The translations under genes and the position numbers were made by a program. From assembly GCF_036321535.1 (NCBI RefSeq), contig NC_087437.1, positions 114,144,001-114,208,000 of the forward strand: DNA of 64,000 nucleotides. The letters run 5' to 3'. Of this stretch, positions 15,551 through 26,790 are shown one piece after another (positions within the stretch are counted from its first letter, which is position 1; every line of letters begins with the position of its first letter). The stretch is from Camelus dromedarius (taxonomy: Eukaryota). The notes under the pieces were generated by a model. That model saw only the letters and a program-made list of their open reading frames with translations. It ran no database searches and was not told where the DNA came from.

Positions 15551-16827
15551 CTTAACTTCCTCAATCAGTGGGCAGTCTCCCCACTCCTTTACCTTCTCTG
15601 CGTCTCTCGAACCCTCACATCTAATTTCTTTCTTCTGCAGTTCTTTGGTGTTCTTGCCTGCAGCCGATCCCTTTTAATCCCAACTCTCAGCTCCGGACAG
15701 CACAATGGGGTAACTTTCTCAATAAAGACAGATCTCTTTCGGAGAGACAGTCAGATGTCAGAGTTTTAAACTGTTTAAATAAATAAATGAAGCTTGCACG
15801 AGCCCAGTATGCACCTTCTCTATGGATGCCATGAGGATGGTTCTAGTGCACTGCTTCTGGAAGGCTGCAGACCTTCCTTTAATAAAGTACCATCCTGAAA
15901 ACAGCCATAACTGTCTCACTTCCCTCAGTGCATCCCCTCTACCTAGATGCCCCCCAAGATAAACTTGCAGTAAAACCTAGACAGACTCAGATTCCCTCGG
16001 GACACCACCCGCATCTCCACCCCGAGCAGCCAAGGAGATGCAGTCTCTTATTCAGTCAACAGAGCCAGGGAGTACAGTGTTTCTGGTTGAAGGCTCCCAA
16101 TAATCATGGCCCAGACTTTCTTAAGCAAAGGAAGGAGGGAGGGAGGGGAAGGGAATGGGGGGGAAATGGTAATGGCTTTCAAAGTGTTGCGTGATAGGTT
16201 TCTGACTGGCCCTGTCAGGTGTGGGCTGGGCATGCAAGGAGATCTCAAACCCCATAAATAGCCCCAGGGGCTGCAGAAAGTACAGGAAGGCCATGCCCCC
16301 CACCCCATCCTTTGGGTATTTCCACTGATTCAGGGTAAACAGCTCAATTGCCAGGTTATGAGTTTGTTTTTCAAGGCACACACAGAATTCTTTCCAGAAA
16401 GGCAGGCTCTACCCACTATTTTTTTTTTAGCCATTGGATAATTACTGCAATGAGACAAAGCTATACACATAGGAATGTGCCCCACATGTTCCCTGTATAT
16501 TCTGCACTGGTCCTCCAAAGACACATTTTCTTTACTCTACCTTGAAGCATTTGATGTAAGGAATTTCAGCTTTCTGCTGTGTTTTATCACAAGTGCTTAT
16601 ACATTAGATCTTGATGAAATCTTCCTTCAACACTTAGATCAAAGAGCTGGATGCTATTCACATGCAGCAAACTGACACTGAGAGGAAGCAAGGGATGGTG
16701 TGAGGACGCCCTGGTAAAGCCAGATAACACATCACTGCCTCACATCTCAGCAAGTGATGGTCAGGTAAACAACTGAAACTTTACTTGGGAACCAAAGCCA
16801 ACCAAGACAGGGGACTTGGAAAGGTGC

Positions 16828-16950
16828 CTGTGGCTAGTGGTCCCCAATCTCCATCTCCTCTCCCCACAGTAATGCCATATTTATGTGGGCATATGATGGT
16901 CCAGAATCATCTCCAGAACACATTTCCTTCTTTACAGCTATGTGGCCAAT
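16828..16950 (+). mobile_element. MLT1 (H/I/J-like) LTR fragment
   Basis: TGTGGCTAG...CCCCAATCTCCAT...CATTTCC...CAGCTATGTGGCCA pattern. Confidence 0.4.
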
Positions 16951-17076
16951 TCACAAATAGGCCTTTGTAACTGCAAATCAGTTACCGGATCATTGTTATC
17001 TGGAGCAAAGAGGCTTCTTTTAAAAAATCTGAATCCGTTGAGAACTGATACTTTTGTGAAATACAATAAAAATTGT

Positions 17077-17463
17077 AATACTAAGTGAATTAAGCCAGAG
17101 AGAGAAAGAAAAATACCATAGGATATCACTCATATGTGGAATCTAAAAAAGGACACAAATGAACTTATTTACAAAACAGAAACAGACTCAGACATAGAAA
17201 ATAAACTTACGGTTGCCAGGAGAGAAGGAGGAGGGAGTGATAAATTGGGAGCTCAGGATTTGCAGATTACTAACTACTATATATAAAATAGATAAACCAC
17301 AAGGTCCTACTGTATAGCACAGGGAACTATATTCAGTATCTTGTAATAGTCTATAATAAAAAAAAGAATATGAAAAGGAATATATATATGTATGACTGAA
17401 TCAGTATGCTGTGCACCAGAAATTAACACAACATTGTAAACTGACTATACTTCAGTTAAAAAA
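17077..17463 (+). mobile_element. 5'-truncated L1 (ORF2 end plus 3' UTR)
   Basis: ATACTAAGTGAA...ATATGTGGAATCTAAAA...CTACTGTATAGCACAGGGAACTATATTCAGTATCTTGTAAT...ACAACATTGTAAACTGACTATACTTCA followed by an A-run. Confidence 0.92.
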
Positions 17464-18406
17464 TCAGTGATAAGAAAATGAACTTTTCTCGATCTCGTGG
17501 CAATGTCATATTGCTATAAAACTTCCTCAGTACTTGACGCTCAGTTTCTGGGCTCATCTCGGTGCACCGTCCAATAGGACGTGTGAGGAGGGGCTGTATA
17601 CGACTTACAGGGGATGCTTTGAAAGGGAAGGGGCGAGTTCTCCCTTGCTCCCCCACAGCCCCCTTCTTGTTGGCTGAAATGCAGCTGGGACCATACAGAA
17701 TGACCAGTGTGCCAGGAGGATGGAGATACAAGACAGAGAGAGTCTGGGCTCCACCGACTTCACTGAGCAAATTGCCAGATCAGTTCCAACTCTTACACTT
17801 CTAACGGGTTCAGGAGACATTGGTCACAATGGCAAACCTGCATCCTTATCAACACGTGGACTCAAGGTGAAACTTTTGATTGGAACATCTCTATGCACGT
17901 GGATGTCTGAGTACACAAACAAGTACTAGAAATACACCAAAGTCCAACTTAACTCTATGTCTAAATATTTGGGTAACACACTTTTGAAATTCTTATTGGT
18001 TTGGTCCCTTAGTAAAAGCAGAGTCAGAAATTCACCTCCCTTCCCTCTATGTGGGGACAGGTCAATGTCTGCCCTGAGTTCTGCCAGCCTTTGCACAAAG
18101 ATATACCTTGGCCATTGAAAACAATAGGTGATTATATGTATCCTAGAAATAGCATTCAGGAATGAAATAGTATAAAGGAACGGGGTTTTTTTTCAGGGAT
18201 TTGAAGGAATTTTATAATGTTTTTGTATTAAATGTTGAAGCAGGTTGACAGAAAGCAGCCCATCCTCAAATGTTCCGTCCACCTGCATGTTGACTACTGA
18301 CAGGATTCAAAAAGGGGTTAGATTAGGATGCATAAACAATAAAGTCAATTTAAAAGCACTTTCCCTGTATGCCTGAATTGTGAGCTATTAAAAGAAACTG
18401 GATTTA

Positions 18407-18905
18407 CAAGACGTGGAAACAACCCAAGTGTCCATCAACAGATGATTGGATAAAGACGATGTGGGATATATATATAATGGAACACTACTCAGCCAAAAAA
18501 AGAATAAAATAATGTCATTTGCAACAACATGGATGCACCTGGAGCTTGTCATTCTAAGTGAAATAAGTCAGAAAGAGAAAGAAAAATACCATATGGTACA
18601 GCTTAGATGTGGAATCTTAAAAATAAAAAAAAAAAAGGACACAACTTATCTACAAAATAGAAATAGACTCCCAGACACAGAAACCAAACTTACGGTGACC
18701 AGGGGGTAAAGTGGGTGGGAAGGGATAAATTAGAAATTTGAAATTTGCGCCTCCTGGGGAGTGATGGAAATGTTAGCTATCTTGATTCTGGTGGTTGTTT
18801 CATTTATGTATATATCTATCAAAATTGATCAAATTGTACATCTGAAATATGTGTAGTTTATTGCACAGGAACCATACCATAAAATCGGCATTTAAAAAAG
18901 CACAG
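18407..18905 (+). mobile_element. 5'-truncated chimeric L1 insertion with TSD
   Basis: Young-type ORF2 end and 3' UTR to about 18749, then an L1MB/MC/ME-type tail. TSD AAAAGAAACTGG(A/C)TTTA at 18390-18406 and 18906-18922. Confidence 0.88.
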
Positions 18906-21900
18906 AAAAGAAACTGGCTTTAAAAAGACCTTTATCAAGTTGATGATGTAACAGTCTTTTTAATTTGGATCTCACTGCTTTTTATCCCAGTGCATGCGTG
19001 TGTGTGTGTGTTCCATGGTATCTCATTTATTTTAAGCCAGGAGTAGAGCTTTCTGAACCGTTCAGGATGGAGCTACCAAGAGTGAGGTTTGTGACCAGTG
19101 TGGTTCAGGAATCATTTCTAATCATTCTGTGCTGAGAGAAACACAGAAGTTGGGAGTCAAGTCCTTAGAGACATTTATAGCAACATGACATTGCTGTGAG
19201 ATTCAAACCCATGATCTGCTTTCTGATAATTAATTGTAATTGTAAGTTACAACAGCACCAGTCCTGAATGGACTTGAAATTATTAAAAAATAGCCCTTCA
19301 CCCTGGATTGGTCCAATAACCAGTCTGTGGATATAAAGGCCCACTTGCCAGTTAGCCGTCAGCTTTGCATATGACTTAACTCGCACACAGCCAACACAGA
19401 AACTTCCTAAGGACAGACGCACCTCTAAGTGAGCACCTACAGCAAAAACAAAACAAAAACTTATCACTCACATATTCTTGCCCCTTGGAAACAGAGTAAG
19501 ACTGTTATAATTGATACTGATTATTACCAGTGGACAGATTGGCAAAGCATAGTTTTGTAATAACATAGAAATTACGAAATAGTTTATTTGATAAGATAGA
19601 ACAACTTGTATTTGTGCGTGTGTGCACCTCCATCATAGAAATTGCCCCCACGTCTCTTCCACTTTGTCATCAATTCTGAAACCAAGTCTTAGAATTCTCC
19701 CCAGGTGTCGGTAGCTACACCTCTGGAAAGAGACTTTGCTTAATACCAAAAGCATTTTGACTTATTTCTTTTGGGGAAAAAAAAAGGAAGTAAAAACACA
19801 CACTTCTTTAAACTAGAAAGCTTTATTTTGCCCCTGGAGAAACGCAAGCCGGTTAAATGTCTGAACAAATTGTTATTATTATTTTATTGAGCAATAAACT
19901 GAAGTGTGGCTGAGTCGCCAGTGACTCGGAGATATTGTTAAGCCTGGAATCACATGGTTGAATGACTAGCTGGCCCAGAAGCTGGGCGATTCAAATGATC
20001 CAGAAGACAAATGAGCCAGGAGCGAGAAAGCCTCACACCAGTGCAAACCCAATTAATGTCAACAAAATCCTGTTAAATTTATCGGTTGCCTGGTTTCTGA
20101 AAATGGTGGAACCAACCCTTTTCCTGTGCCTGCGGGGCAAATTCATTAGATGCAAAACAGCATTTTGTTAACCATGGAGGTCAGCCAGGTAAACAAGGGG
20201 GTCAGTGCCAAGTCCTTGAGACATTTATAGAGGGTCAGCCTAGAAGGAAGGACCCTAGACAGGAGATGCTGGCCTTCCTTTATGACACACAGTAGGTGCT
20301 TCCTAAAAGTGTCTGCTTAGAGTCACCTTCCAGTATGGAAACGATATATCTGATTGTCAACCAGTTCACAAAATAAGGATTATATTTATACGTGTGTATA
20401 TGGTATGTATACGTGGGGAAGAGATTGAGATTTTGCCTGCAAGTTCATCAAAGACTCCCACTTTTTTGTTTTTGTCTTAGTTTTTAAAGTAAGAATGAGT
20501 CATTTGTGCTGATTCAACTTCAATCGTATTCACATCAGATGTTTTTATGCCCACAACTGGCAAATCCATGGAACAAAACAGAACTCACTGGTCCCAAAAG
20601 TCATCAGACCTACAATACTGACTTCTTCTGTTCTGTGTGTCCACACCAACTGGATGAACACTGTTAAATTCAATCAACCCTAAGCACTCTTACATGATCC
20701 CTCATTGTGTTATTTGGTAACGGGATGGCGCCACTTCTGAGATAAGTCACGCCACAAAGCTCAACAACAATCCCTTTGTTCAAAGTAGAGATGATGGACA
20801 GTGAAAGGACCACGTCACAGAGGGCTTTTGTGAACAGACTTACCCCCTGGGGTAACAGAAGTATAGCCTGGAAAGTGGTATGCCTGGATAAGGCCAAAAA
20901 AAAAAAAAAAAAATGCCAAACAATCAAAAAGCATGGATTTTCAAAAAGACCATTTTCCCAGCCTTGTCTGTTTCTGAATTCAAACCCTTACCACTCATAT
21001 AAGGATTTCACAGCGTTCTATCAAAAGTCTACTGAAATCAACCTGAAATATAGCGAAATGTGGAGGTGAAATGTTACCAGCATTAGAAAAAGTATCTCGA
21101 AAACCTTTTCTCTTATAAAGCAAATGTTACTTGTTGGTTAAGTTGCTAATGCTAGATACAGCACATTATGGCAGTGGGAAATTAAAAAAATTATTACTCA
21201 TTCATTGAGTCAATGCTTATGATCTGTCTGGCATTGCTCAGGGCTCATGGGACACTATTTCTTTGTGCTCTTGCTTATTTTCTGTTTCCATTTTTAACAG
21301 TGATGAGTGCATGAAGAAAATCTGGGAGGGTAATGAGACAGAAGTGCAGAAGGAAATGGTGAAACAGCCCATTTGAAAGAGGGCAGTCCTGGGAAATCTA
21401 AGAGATGGTGTTTGAGTGACCATAACTCCCAGTGTCTTTTAATTTTTGTATTTTTACTTAGCCTGTGGGAGAACTAAAAATTCATGGATGATTGCTGATC
21501 ATGGATCTTTGGGTATAACAAAAATTGACATGTGACTAATATTCTGAAGAAAACTAGATTCTGGCTACCCTTAACAGGCCATGACAAGGGGCTTCTAGAA
21601 TGCAGAACCAGGACCACTAAGGAGAAGCAGGGAAAGCAGAAATGGGGCTGAAACATCAACAGAACCAGGAGGCGGTGAGTATAGGGCAACAGAGAAAGGA
21701 GGGACAGAGATTAAGCAACATGGTCTCCTAGAAGAAGTTCCAGAGTGGAATGAAGGATGTAGGGGGAATAGCTGTACATTAAACTGCCCAGAATCTTCCC
21801 CATATTTTCCTAGACTCATGAGCCTTTGTTCTACATCATTTTTCCTTTGCTGATTTAGATGTTACCAAAAAAAAAAAAAAATGTAAAGTTTCACTGCTGA

Positions 21901-24900
21901 TTTTTCTCCAGACCATTTGCTCACTCTTGCTCCGGGCAGCCTAATCCATAATTATTGTCAGCTGAGACAAAACCAGCTGCTTCACGACTTACCAATTAAT
22001 GCAGTCTCTACAGCATCGATCCCAGCAGGAATGTAGATCAGCTTTTCCAGAGAGAGCCTCCCTCCAGGAAAAATGGCTCCAGGCTGGTGACTTCCGCCCA
22101 CAGAACTCCTGGAGAACTCACCTGGGTGTGCAGGCAGGAGCTGGGAGGGCCATGGGGCCACAGTACACGTGATGCACCCTGGCTCATAACCTGCTGCTCC
22201 CTGCAGTGAGACAGTGAGGTCTCAACTCCTCTTCTCTTCTCTCCCTCTGGCCAAGTAGAATTCACTTGGATCCTAGAAAATGGAGAAGAGAGACTAAAAA
22301 TCAGTTTCGCTTGTTACCCACTATCATCCACCGCCATGTTGGTGGAGCCCGGCCCTGCAGCTGGGTGAAGGGCAAGATCTATTTCAGTCCTAAATGAGAT
22401 GCTGTCATCAGAGTCTCCAGCAGACAATGGACAGGGGAGTGTGGTGTAAACTGGGGGAGCAGGCACGGGGTGATGGGGCGCAGAGCTGTATCCAAAAGCT
22501 ACAGGCACTGAAGGGGTCAGAGCTCTGCTAAATAAAGTGAACCTTCTCTTCCACAATTTGTTTCTCCTTGGATCAGCCTTGGCAAGTGCCCCCAAGATAA
22601 GAGGGAGCCTAGCTGGGGCCACTCTGTAAATTCATGAGGCAGGGGAGACACACCAGCTGGGCATATGCATGACTATTACAGGAAGAGGAAAACATTGGAA
22701 CCATTTAGCATCCCACGGTTGGAAGGGGCCATTGCTGAGACACTGGTGGGGAAGAGACAAATGGGGTGGGGGAAATTTTCTAATCTTAATAAAATCCGTT
22801 TGCCTTTTCCAGTAAGGATTGAGCGATTACATGTCTGACTCTTTAATACCATCAACTGGAAGGAGAGAGATCTGAAAGAAAATATTTAGAAAAATAGTCT
22901 GTAGTATGCCTTGCCAGTGTTATGTCTTAATAGATGCTCTCATTAGCAATAAGCCAATTCTATATAAACAATGTTTTCTCAGCAGGCGACAGAAAGTTAA
23001 TAAGGTACCCTCAACACTCCTGAGAGCTCCCAGGCTTTAAGAACCTACTTACGGAGATATTGTGGCCTTCCTGGGGCTCAGCACACATTGCAGTGGGGAA
23101 GAAATGGGTGTGTGTCGCGCACTAAAGGGCAACTCCTGCCAACAAGTCTCCTCTTTTCTTTCCGCTGTCCACTAACAGAGGAACATGTAAGCAAAGCAAT
23201 TATTCAGGCTTTACCTGGAAAAAGGAGAAGATCATACAACTGTTAGAATATATAGCACAAAAGTTCATTCCTTTTTTCTTTCTAAGTGACTTTTTTTCAA
23301 TTTGGAAAGATGTTTAAAATTTTTATTATAAACAGATGTAACTTCTGAGGCAGGTAGATAAGGCCATCCGATTTTTAAAAACATAAGTCATTATGAATTG
23401 ACTTTAGTTATTGAATTAAGTTTCTTCAAAGATCTGCTGACTTATTAAACCCCACATTGGACAAAATTGCTTTCCTGTACCTTTCGACTTCTCAGTTAGC
23501 TTACAGAATCTGATGTTTGAGATAAATTTCATTTGCCATTGCCCAAAGCTTCTTAGAATCACATCGGACAATTGTTTCTCTGTCCTCATTCTATTTAATT
23601 TTGATACTTCCGTGGGAAAATGTGGACAGTATTTGCAAAACAGCTCAAAGGAAACCCAGTTGGTTCCCTGGCTTATAAACTTGATATTTGTACCAGCAAC
23701 TCTGTACCTCCACACATACCACTAAAGTTTATCATTTGTTTCTTTCATGGATTCATTGACATTATCAGGGTGAAATTTAATGCCTTAAGGTTAGTATTTT
23801 GGAATTATAAAAATGATTATTCTGAACATTCTTTGTAATATCATATATAGTTCAAAAGCCAACATCAAAAAATCAATTTCTCTTTGAGAAATGTAATAAT
23901 TTTCTTCAATTATAAATTTAAACACATGTAAACCAGTATTATAATTGGTACACTGTAAATCAGCTACTCATTTGGATCTTTCAAGAATATTTTTAAAACA
24001 TAGTATAGGAATTTTATATATTTAAAAAATAGTATAGGAATACTTGCCATTCATGAAGAATAGAGATTCCATAATAGGTGTTTAGCTACATCTCAGCCTA
24101 CCTTTCTTTCTGTTTATTTTTTGAAACAAAAATATTTTGCAAAATAGAATTGCTATTCCCAAACCCCCATCGATAAGCCATTAAAATCAAAATGACAATC
24201 TTATTAGCTTTAGCTTTAATTGATTTTATATAATCAATGTTTTAAGTTGTTAAGTAAATTCACTTCTCAATATATTTTACATATTGAAAGATTAATTTGA
24301 TGTCTAATATAAATAAAATAGCTGTACTGGATTTAATTATCTTTTCTCCCTTTTTAAGCATTACTTTCCCTCCATCTTTCATTTTATGTCATATGCATGG
24401 CCGGTATCCCCAATATTTTTAAAGTTTCAATACCTTACTTATTTAACATATTTACTTTTACTTGAAGAGTATTGAAACATATTTTAAAAGTTGAAAGTCT
24501 CTATCATTCCTTCGGAAAACTCAGTACACTTCAGTGTGTCACAGTATCAGAACTGATCATCACTGATTTAGGAGCCAAATTATTCATATCCTATTTAGAA
24601 TTTCTCATCTTTCTTTCAGAAAACTTTCTATATCCTAAAGACTTCAATAGGAAAATCGTATTTGTATGATTATACTTCTAATAATCAGATAATTTTAAAA
24701 CCGGAGGGGTACTTTGGTTCAAATGTTATTCTGAGGACAAGAAAATGGAACTCCAATAAATGTAATTTATTATATGGTAAACAAAGTGTAATCTTTAATT
24801 TAATGATAGTCAATTAATTCACTGACAGTATTCCCTGAGTAACCAAAAAACAAAATTGTAAAGACGTTTAATGTTTGTTGTATCATTACCTGTAAATACA

Positions 24901-26714
24901 GAAAAGCAAGCACAACGAAGTCGAATTTGAAAAGACAAACACATTAAATTTTAAATTCTACTCTAAGACACAGATGCTCTGTGTCTGCTCTCACTGATAC
25001 CTGAAGCAAGGGTGCTTAACATCATTTTCTATTACCTTGCATTTCATTGACATCTGAGTTATTATCAGCCAGCTGAAGGATGTAAAGCAGGTCCCCTTTA
25101 CCACCCAAAAGACCACATTCACAGTAATAATGTGCCAAGAAGCTGTGCTTGAGGGATTTTGATTTTTATTCGCCTCTTGTCTTTTCAACTTTCACTCTGA
25201 CCCTTTTCGAATGGACACAGAACTGCGTGAGCAGTGTACTTGTTTTGTTGTTTTTTTTTTCATTCATTTGGCCATTTAAAACCCTTCATTGATTGCCCAA
25301 TATACGTGAAGCATCATAAAACGGCATGAGCACACGTAAAGCAAATGCTGCCGTAGGCTAGGCTAACAGCAACAGCAGGTCTAGGATGGGCTACCTTACT
25401 CCAGAGGATCATTCTCAGCCATCCTCTAATAGGGATGCCCTTGGGGCATAAAAGGCAAGTAACCGGAACTTGCGTGTCTGCAGCGTCAGGATGGACTAGG
25501 AATGCGTAGCCCAGGGGTGGGTAACTTGTAATAAACTTTGCCCTGGAGTTCCTCAGTTGCATCATCTAGGTAACAGCGCCCCTGGTTTTCTGTAGCATTT
25601 TTTCTCTGACTTATGTATGCTGTGTTACTTTCCAAGTCGATACAATGATGTTTCTTTTACTCCCCTCAACAGATACACAATACTGCAGGATGTACTAAGG
25701 AGTCCTCTCTGTTGAACACTTTCAGGGTATCGTTTACCAATGGGAAGAAGTACTTCCTGTTCATTTGCCTTTTAGCAATTATGTTTCCTTCTTAACCACA
25801 CATCAGGCTAGAGCATCTGAGCGATCCTAAGCCCTGGAATTGGGTAAGAATTCCTCTGTTTATTTAAAATAGTTGCTTAATTGTTGCTTCATTTGTTTAA
25901 ATACCCAATAAGCCAATAGTAATTTCTTTAGTGGCTGTTATGTGTTTAAACCAAAAAGAAAGAAAAAGTGTGATCATATTGTGAAGCTTACATAGTAAAG
26001 AATAAACAGGACTTTTGAATTTTTCGCTGAGGCAGGTGGTACAGAACAGTTTGATGGTCGATCTCCATGGATAAGTTTCTCAAGTTCTTTAATAACATTT
26101 GCCAAGCTTTCCTCACATCACTAGGATAAGGTTCAAATTCTAACCCCCCAAAATCATCTGTGTCCCTCAATAATTTTGTCTTGACTCTTATCAATAAGCA
26201 TGTGAATGTCTTCAATCCCTAACTCTCTCCAAGACCAAACCAAAAGGAAGACAGAGAGAGAAGTAAAAATCCCTTCCCTCTTTGCCTCCTCCTAGCAAAA
26301 AGTATCTTACGACGCTCATCATTTATGAAGAATAGAAAAGGCAGATTAACAGAGACGGCTGGAAAGCTAGCAGGAGGCATCTTTATATCTCATGGAATAA
26401 CTGTCTGACATGCTTCATTCAGTGGTCCCCAGGCCCAGGTGGAATTCCTCTTGCATCTTCTTAATAAAGCTTCGTGTTAGTAAAGTTTAATGTAACAAGT
26501 CGTGTTTATTATGTCAGCAGATTTTTTTTTAAAGTCTAAACTAAACGAATCACATCATGCATGATTTACAATAAAACCTTAATGAAACGCTCAGAACGGT
26601 TTAAAAAGCTGCAGCAGGTTTTTAAGGAAATTGGTTGTCTGTATTTACTCTTTGAATTAAGTGTTAAAGGAAAACAGAAAAATAATCTATAAAACCCGGG
26701 TTTCCTGTAACAAC

Positions 26715-26790
26715 AATAATTATGATAACTAACATCTGTATATGGCTTTACAGTTTGCAAAGTGCTTTCTCATACATTACCTCGTTTAGT
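26715..26790 (-). mobile_element. MIR (MIRc/MIR3) fragment
   Basis: ATAACTAACATCTGTATATGGCTTTACAGTTTGCAAAGTGCTTTCTCATACATTACCTC. Confidence 0.7.

Noticed and set aside
20389..20415. Tandem TACGTG pair as hypoxia elements
   Set aside because: Embedded in a TA/TG low-complexity tract and more simply explained as decayed microsatellite.
21745..21757. 13-nt identity (minus strand TCCTTCATTCCAC) to the 5' end of miR-205
   Set aside because: The match stops at 13 nt and there is no precursor hairpin. It is expected by chance given the number of miRNAs.
21464..21835. TG...CA-bounded segment as an old solo LTR
   Set aside because: No TSD and no family motif that I can support.
23992..24041. 29-bp period direct repeat, with similar short duplications at 40695-40718 and about 45546-45575
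   Set aside because: Two-copy local slippage duplications with no spacers; not CRISPR-like and not insertion TSDs.
24966..24986. Perfect 9-bp hairpin AGACACAGA-TGC-TCTGTGTCT
   Set aside because: Too short for a pre-miRNA, and one such stem in 64 kb is compatible with chance.
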